From the NCBI GenBank assembly GCA_965248195.1, contig CBDFIQ010000002.1:2080001-2144000 (forward strand): a DNA stretch of 64,000 nucleotides. The letters are read 5' to 3'. The notes beneath the pieces are model-generated. The model worked only from the letters and a program-made list of their open reading frames with translations. It was not told where the DNA came from and did no database searches. Below are positions 59,805-64,000 of this stretch, piece by piece. The translations under genes and the position numbers were made by a program. Source of the stretch: Longimicrobiales bacterium. GTDB taxonomy: Bacteria > Gemmatimonadota > Gemmatimonadetes > Longimicrobiales > Gaopeijiaceae. Within the stretch, counting starts at the first letter, position 1; the number at the start of each line of letters is the position of its first letter.

Positions 59805-62800
59805 CTAGGAGTCATCCTCACTTTCGGAGTCGTCCTCACTTTGGGAGCCATCCTCACTCCCCCCCCGCTCACCGTCCGTCCACGGCCTCAGCTGCAGGCG
59901 GATCACGGTGCCCTCCCCGCGGTCCACCTCGGCGGCCACCGTACCATCCCACGATTCCACCAACTTGCGAACGATGGCGAGGCCGAGTCCGGTGCCGGTC
60001 GAACGGGTACTGAACTGCGGCTCGAAGATCCTTCCCATGAGGTCGACCGGTATGCCGGCGCCGTCATCCCGGACCCGAACTTCCACGGCGTTCGGCACTG
60101 ACACCGCTTCGATGACCACGCTTCCGTTTCCCTCGATCGCCGCCCGCGCATTCTCGAGCAGGTTGCTCAAGACCTCCTTGAGTTCGGTCTCACGGGCGCT
60201 GATCCGGGGCAGGTCCTCGGGGATGTCGGCGGCGAATTCGATGGGCCCGCCCTCGCCTCCCCGATACAGCGTGAGCAGCTCCCGCGCCACGGCGCCCACG
60301 TCCACGGGCTCGAGCGGCACCTTGCCAGCTGCCGCGGCGGGTGCGCCGAATCGTGAAAATCCCCTCGCGATTTCGGCGAGCCGGTCGATCTCCTTCAGGA
60401 TGGCCCCGACGTTACGCTCCAGAACGGTCTCGAACTCCCCCTTCTGGTCCTTCCAGGCCCTTCGGATGTGCTGTACGCTGAGCTTGATCGGAGTGAGTGG
60501 GTTCTTCACTTCGTGTGCAACTTGGCGCGCCATCTCACCCCAGGCGAGAATCCGCTCGGTCCGCAGTTCATCGGTGATATCCTCGAGGGAAAGGACGATG
60601 CCCCCGGGCTCCTGCCGTGAGACTTCACGGGCGCGTACCCGAATGCGACGGTCCCCCCATTGAAACTCGACCGTAGCTTCGCGAAGCCCGTCTCGCATAC
60701 ACCCCTCGACCCACTCGACGAACTCGCCTCTCGGGCCCTCGAACCGGGGCATGGGCTCACCAACCTGCATCCGTCCCTCCAGCACGGCCTGAGCCCTCGC
60801 GTTCACCAGAATCACGCGGCCCAAGGCATCCAGTGCCACGACCCCAGTCGCCGCATCCTCGACGATTGCCTCCGTACGCCTCGTCGTTCTGACGAGTGCC
60901 CGCCGCGCTCGTTGGAGACGCAACACCATACGGTTGAAAGCCGTGAAGACGGACCCGAACTCATCCGCCCGGTCACTGGGTAGCTGTAGTTTCAGATTGC
61001 CCCCGCCCACGCTCTCGGATGCCACCTGGAGCGTGCGCATCGGGCTGGTGAGGGTACGGCCGACCAGGAAGGCGAGACCCAGGGACAGCCCCGCACCGAG
61101 CAACACCACGAAGGCGATCAACTCGAGGATCTCACGCTGCCTCAACGTGGTCGCACCGGCCTGAAGCGGCACCTGCGTAGCCACCACGTCCCCGTCCGGA
61201 AGCCTTCGGAAGGCCATCAAATACTGGCGCCGTCCGAGGTTCCCAAGCGTGGTCTCGAGGAGCTCTTCCCGGCTCTCGATCCGCTGATTCAACTCGAAGG
61301 GAATCAGCCCATTGTACAGGCCGAGTTCCACGAGGTCGTCCACCGACCCGCCGCGCAGCTCTCCCGCTCGATACTCCAGAAGGTCCGCGCCCACGCGACC
61401 GGACAGCAGCGTCATCGAGCCCTGTACGTCGCGGTAGAAGGCGGCCGCATCCGCCGCGACACGCCCCGCGATCGCGGCGGCCGTTCTCACGGTGGCTCCG
61501 TTCAGCGTCCGGAACGCGAGGGTGCCGAAGAGGGTGGCAGACACGAGGAAGAATCCGAAGAGCGCCACCGTGACTCTGGCACGAAAGGATGAGAACGGGT
61601 TCCTCCACGTTCGGACGGTGGGGCGCCGCCCGACGAGCACATACTGGCCCAAGGCCCACAAAAGAAGAATCGCCAGTCCATTGCCGAGCACCAGAAGAGT
61701 CCCTCGCGCCACAGCCAGTAGCGGCCTCGGCAGATCCAGGGCGTATTGGGCGTCGACCGCCCCATCGGGATAGGGCACGCCTACGGTGGCCTCCCATCCC
61801 TCGGCGGTGCGCCGCCAGACCGTCTCTTCGGAAAACGTCGCCTCGTCACCTTCCAGAACCGGAACCATGGTGAGCGGACTCTCGCTCAAGGCGGTCAAAG
61901 TGCCGAAAATCGGGCCGAATGGCGAGGAGTTCGAGAGTTCCCTTCGGGCCGGCAAGACGCCCGTGAGCACGCGCCCGTTAGCCAGCGGGATTTGAACCAC
62001 GTAGTTCGCGTCACCGAGGCCGAGACGCCGAACGAGGGCAGGCTCACCTTGCCGGGCCTCCTCGAGAAAATCGTCGGCGGGGCCGGGGCGTCCACCCTCC
62101 ACACCGATTGTGATCTCGAATTCCGGAAGATCCCCGGCCGACCAAAGCGTGAGCCACACACCGGTTCCCTCCTCGGCCAAACCGCTCATGATCCAGCTCT
62201 CGTAGAGAAGCTCCGCCGACTCCGCGCCTGCCGCATCGAGCGAATCGGCCGTATCCACGAAGCGGTGTAGCACGTACTCGAGGTAGGGATCCGCCGGAAT
62301 ACCCAGGCGCGCTAATTGAAGCTCGGCCTCGTCCATCCGGGCGTCTATGCGGGCTCCCCAAGCCGTCACGACGGCCGCGGAGGACCCGATCGCCGCCGCT
62401 GCGCACCAGGCCATCCAGTCGCGACGCCTTCCTCGGACGCATGACAGCCCGTAGGCGGCCAGAAGCGCCGGCAACGCCCAGGCCCCGGTCACCCATCCGG
62501 GGATCGTTCCGGCCATCCGAACCCAGAAGGCTCCCGCAAGGCAGAGCACCACGAGCGTTGCGATGGCCAACGTGAGGGGGATCCGTGGAGGGGCTCCGCC
62601 ATCGGTGCGCTCCCCGATTCGAAACGCACCGAGACAAACGAGTGTGAGTACGAGACCCAAGCCCATCTGATAGACGACCCATTTCCCCTCCGCACCCGCC
62701 AGCAGCACGGGACCCGCACCGCCCAGGATCAGCGTCGACAGAAGTGGAAATCCGATCAGCACCGCGAGCCCAGACGCCAGCGACCGGAACCGGATCGCCG

Positions 62801-63893
62801 GCGGCATATGAGCGGCCACCACTACGCTTAATGCCACCCCAAGGAGAAGGACGCGCTCGAACGACACCGGTACGGGTCCAGGCAAAACGAAATCGGCGGC
62901 CGTGAAGAAGGGTCCCGAACCGATGGCGGCTCCCACCGGAGCCAGAAGGGCCAGCCCCAGCGGGGTAAGCGCCGCAGCAGCGCGGTCGCTTCGTTCGGCC
63001 CCAGCGGTGAAGGCGAGCACCAACCACGCGATGACCGCCAGTAAACCCACGATCCTCGACCATGTGGATCGAACGTCCCGCAGGCGTTGCTCCTGGGTGG
63101 GCCGGACGACCGCGACGCTGAAGAGGGCCTCGTCCTCCCAACGCAGGTCGAACACATCCTCCCCGGACGTCCTCTCAGCGCGGAAAATTCGGAGGTCCTC
63201 ACCCACTCCCTCCCGGAAGTCCGTTACGAAGTCGCCGGGGTTCTCCTCCAGATTCCGGGGCAGGTTCGCCTTGATGAGCGCCGCGGCCATCGCGGTCCCG
63301 CCGCCCGGGATCGGAGCGGTGAAGTACAAGTAGCTGAAAAGGGGGCGATCCGGGTATAGATAACGGACATCCCCCATCCTCAGCTCCGTGGGTACAACAC
63401 CGCGGTGTACCCCGTCCCACACACGGAAATCGCCCTCCGGCCCATAAATCGTGGCGAGGGTCATTCCGGTCTCCTGTCGAATGTCGCGCAACCCGTCCAG
63501 AACGGTTGTATTCGTGCCGCGAGGCGCCAGATTTCCAATACGCGTCACCGCTTCTTCGCCCATCGTGAGTAGGCGCTGGAGGCGCGTGTCGAGCGCTTCC
63601 TCCGCTCGGGCGCTTCGGGAACCCCAGTAGGCATCGAAGTCCTGCGAGATTCGGCGCAGGTTGATGTGCCCGGAGGAGCCGGCTATGGCACCGGCCAGGA
63701 CGATGACGCTCGAGAGCACGCGAGCACGCCCGCCCCGCGGCCGGGCGGCGAGGACCGCGAACGCAGACGCTCCGGCGAAGACGAGCAAAGCGACCGACGG
63801 CCAGCGTGTCCAAGCAGCCAGGCCGAGAACGCCGAGCCAGGGCGCGAGACGAGTGAGGGTGTGCGCCAGATGGGAGGGGTTCGGACCTTCCAT
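59805..63893 (-). CDS. Large multi-pass membrane sensor histidine kinase (HAMP-PAS-HisKA-HATPase, NtrY-like)
   Basis: Many TM helices; DEFGSVFTAFNRM (HAMP); AWGEMARQVAHEVKNPLTPI; NLLENA, DDGAG, GTGLGLAI; start 63893 or 63962. Confidence 0.92.
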   Translation of the reverse strand: MEGPNPSHLAHTLTRLAPWLGVLGLAAWTRWPSVALLVFAGASAFAVLAARPRGGRARVLSSVIVLAGAIAGSSGHINLRRISQDFDAYWGSRSARAEEALDTRLQRLLTMGEEAVTRIGNLAPRGTNTTVLDGLRDIRQETGMTLATIYGPEGDFRVWDGVHRGVVPTELRMGDVRYLYPDRPLFSYLYFTAPIPGGGTAMAAALIKANLPRNLEENPGDFVTDFREGVGEDLRIFRAERTSGEDVFDLRWEDEALFSVAVVRPTQEQRLRDVRSTWSRIVGLLAVIAWLVLAFTAGAERSDRAAAALTPLGLALLAPVGAAIGSGPFFTAADFVLPGPVPVSFERVLLLGVALSVVVAAHMPPAIRFRSLASGLAVLIGFPLLSTLILGGAGPVLLAGAEGKWVVYQMGLGLVLTLVCLGAFRIGERTDGGAPPRIPLTLAIATLVVLCLAGAFWVRMAGTIPGWVTGAWALPALLAAYGLSCVRGRRRDWMAWCAAAAIGSSAAVVTAWGARIDARMDEAELQLARLGIPADPYLEYVLHRFVDTADSLDAAGAESAELLYESWIMSGLAEEGTGVWLTLWSAGDLPEFEITIGVEGGRPGPADDFLEEARQGEPALVRRLGLGDANYVVQIPLANGRVLTGVLPARRELSNSSPFGPIFGTLTALSESPLTMVPVLEGDEATFSEETVWRRTAEGWEATVGVPYPDGAVDAQYALDLPRPLLAVARGTLLVLGNGLAILLLWALGQYVLVGRRPTVRTWRNPFSSFRARVTVALFGFFLVSATLFGTLAFRTLNGATVRTAAAIAGRVAADAAAFYRDVQGSMTLLSGRVGADLLEYRAGELRGGSVDDLVELGLYNGLIPFELNQRIESREELLETTLGNLGRRQYLMAFRRLPDGDVVATQVPLQAGATTLRQREILELIAFVVLLGAGLSLGLAFLVGRTLTSPMRTLQVASESVGGGNLKLQLPSDRADEFGSVFTAFNRMVLRLQRARRALVRTTRRTEAIVEDAATGVVALDALGRVILVNARAQAVLEGRMQVGEPMPRFEGPRGEFVEWVEGCMRDGLREATVEFQWGDRRIRVRAREVSRQEPGGIVLSLEDITDELRTERILAWGEMARQVAHEVKNPLTPIKLSVQHIRRAWKDQKGEFETVLERNVGAILKEIDRLAEIARGFSRFGAPAAAAGKVPLEPVDVGAVARELLTLYRGGEGGPIEFAADIPEDLPRISARETELKEVLSNLLENARAAIEGNGSVVIEAVSVPNAVEVRVRDDGAGIPVDLMGRIFEPQFSTRSTGTGLGLAIVRKLVESWDGTVAAEVDRGEGTVIRLQLRPWTDGERGGSEDGSQSEDDSESEDDS

Positions 63894-64000
63894 CACGGCC
63901 TGACGAAGCCGGATTGGGCGCCGTTCCCAAGTACCGTAACCGTGCGTCGGAAGACCTTCCATCGTGCCATCAATGAACTCCTCGCCAGTTGGGACGACGT

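Overview
GC-rich bacterial chromosomal segment, mostly conserved housekeeping operons on the minus strand: rimP-nusA-L7Ae-infB-DUF503-rbfA-truB-ribF-rpsO-pnp-M16 peptidase-dut-mreB; murA; pcrA-gatCAB; serS; and rplM-rpsI-rpsB-tsf-pyrH-frr-uppS-cdsA-dxr-rseP. It also has a short sigma70 factor, lepB, NtrX/NtrY-like signalling genes, comM and a split pntAa / pntAb-pntB locus. Gene order and protein styles suggest Gemmatimonadota (inference). I found no tRNA, rRNA, CRISPR array, transposase or integrase. The most unusual features are: (1) a DUF222-HNH endonuclease gene (48133-49776) with a TTTCCGCGGAAA-core palindrome present inside the ORF and on both flanks; (2) a 319-bp MITE-like element with about 29-bp terminal inverted repeats, CTGG direct repeats and internal REP-like hairpins at the start of cdsA; (3) a decayed P-II-like pseudogene; (4) a frameshifted Ser/Thr kinase-beta-propeller gene; (5) the pnt operon interrupted by two unrelated genes, with a 16-bp tandem duplication at the junction; (6) tandem-repeat-encoded acidic tails on NusA and S2; (7) a Cys-to-Asp MurA. 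All calls come from reading the sequence and the ORF track. No database searches were run.
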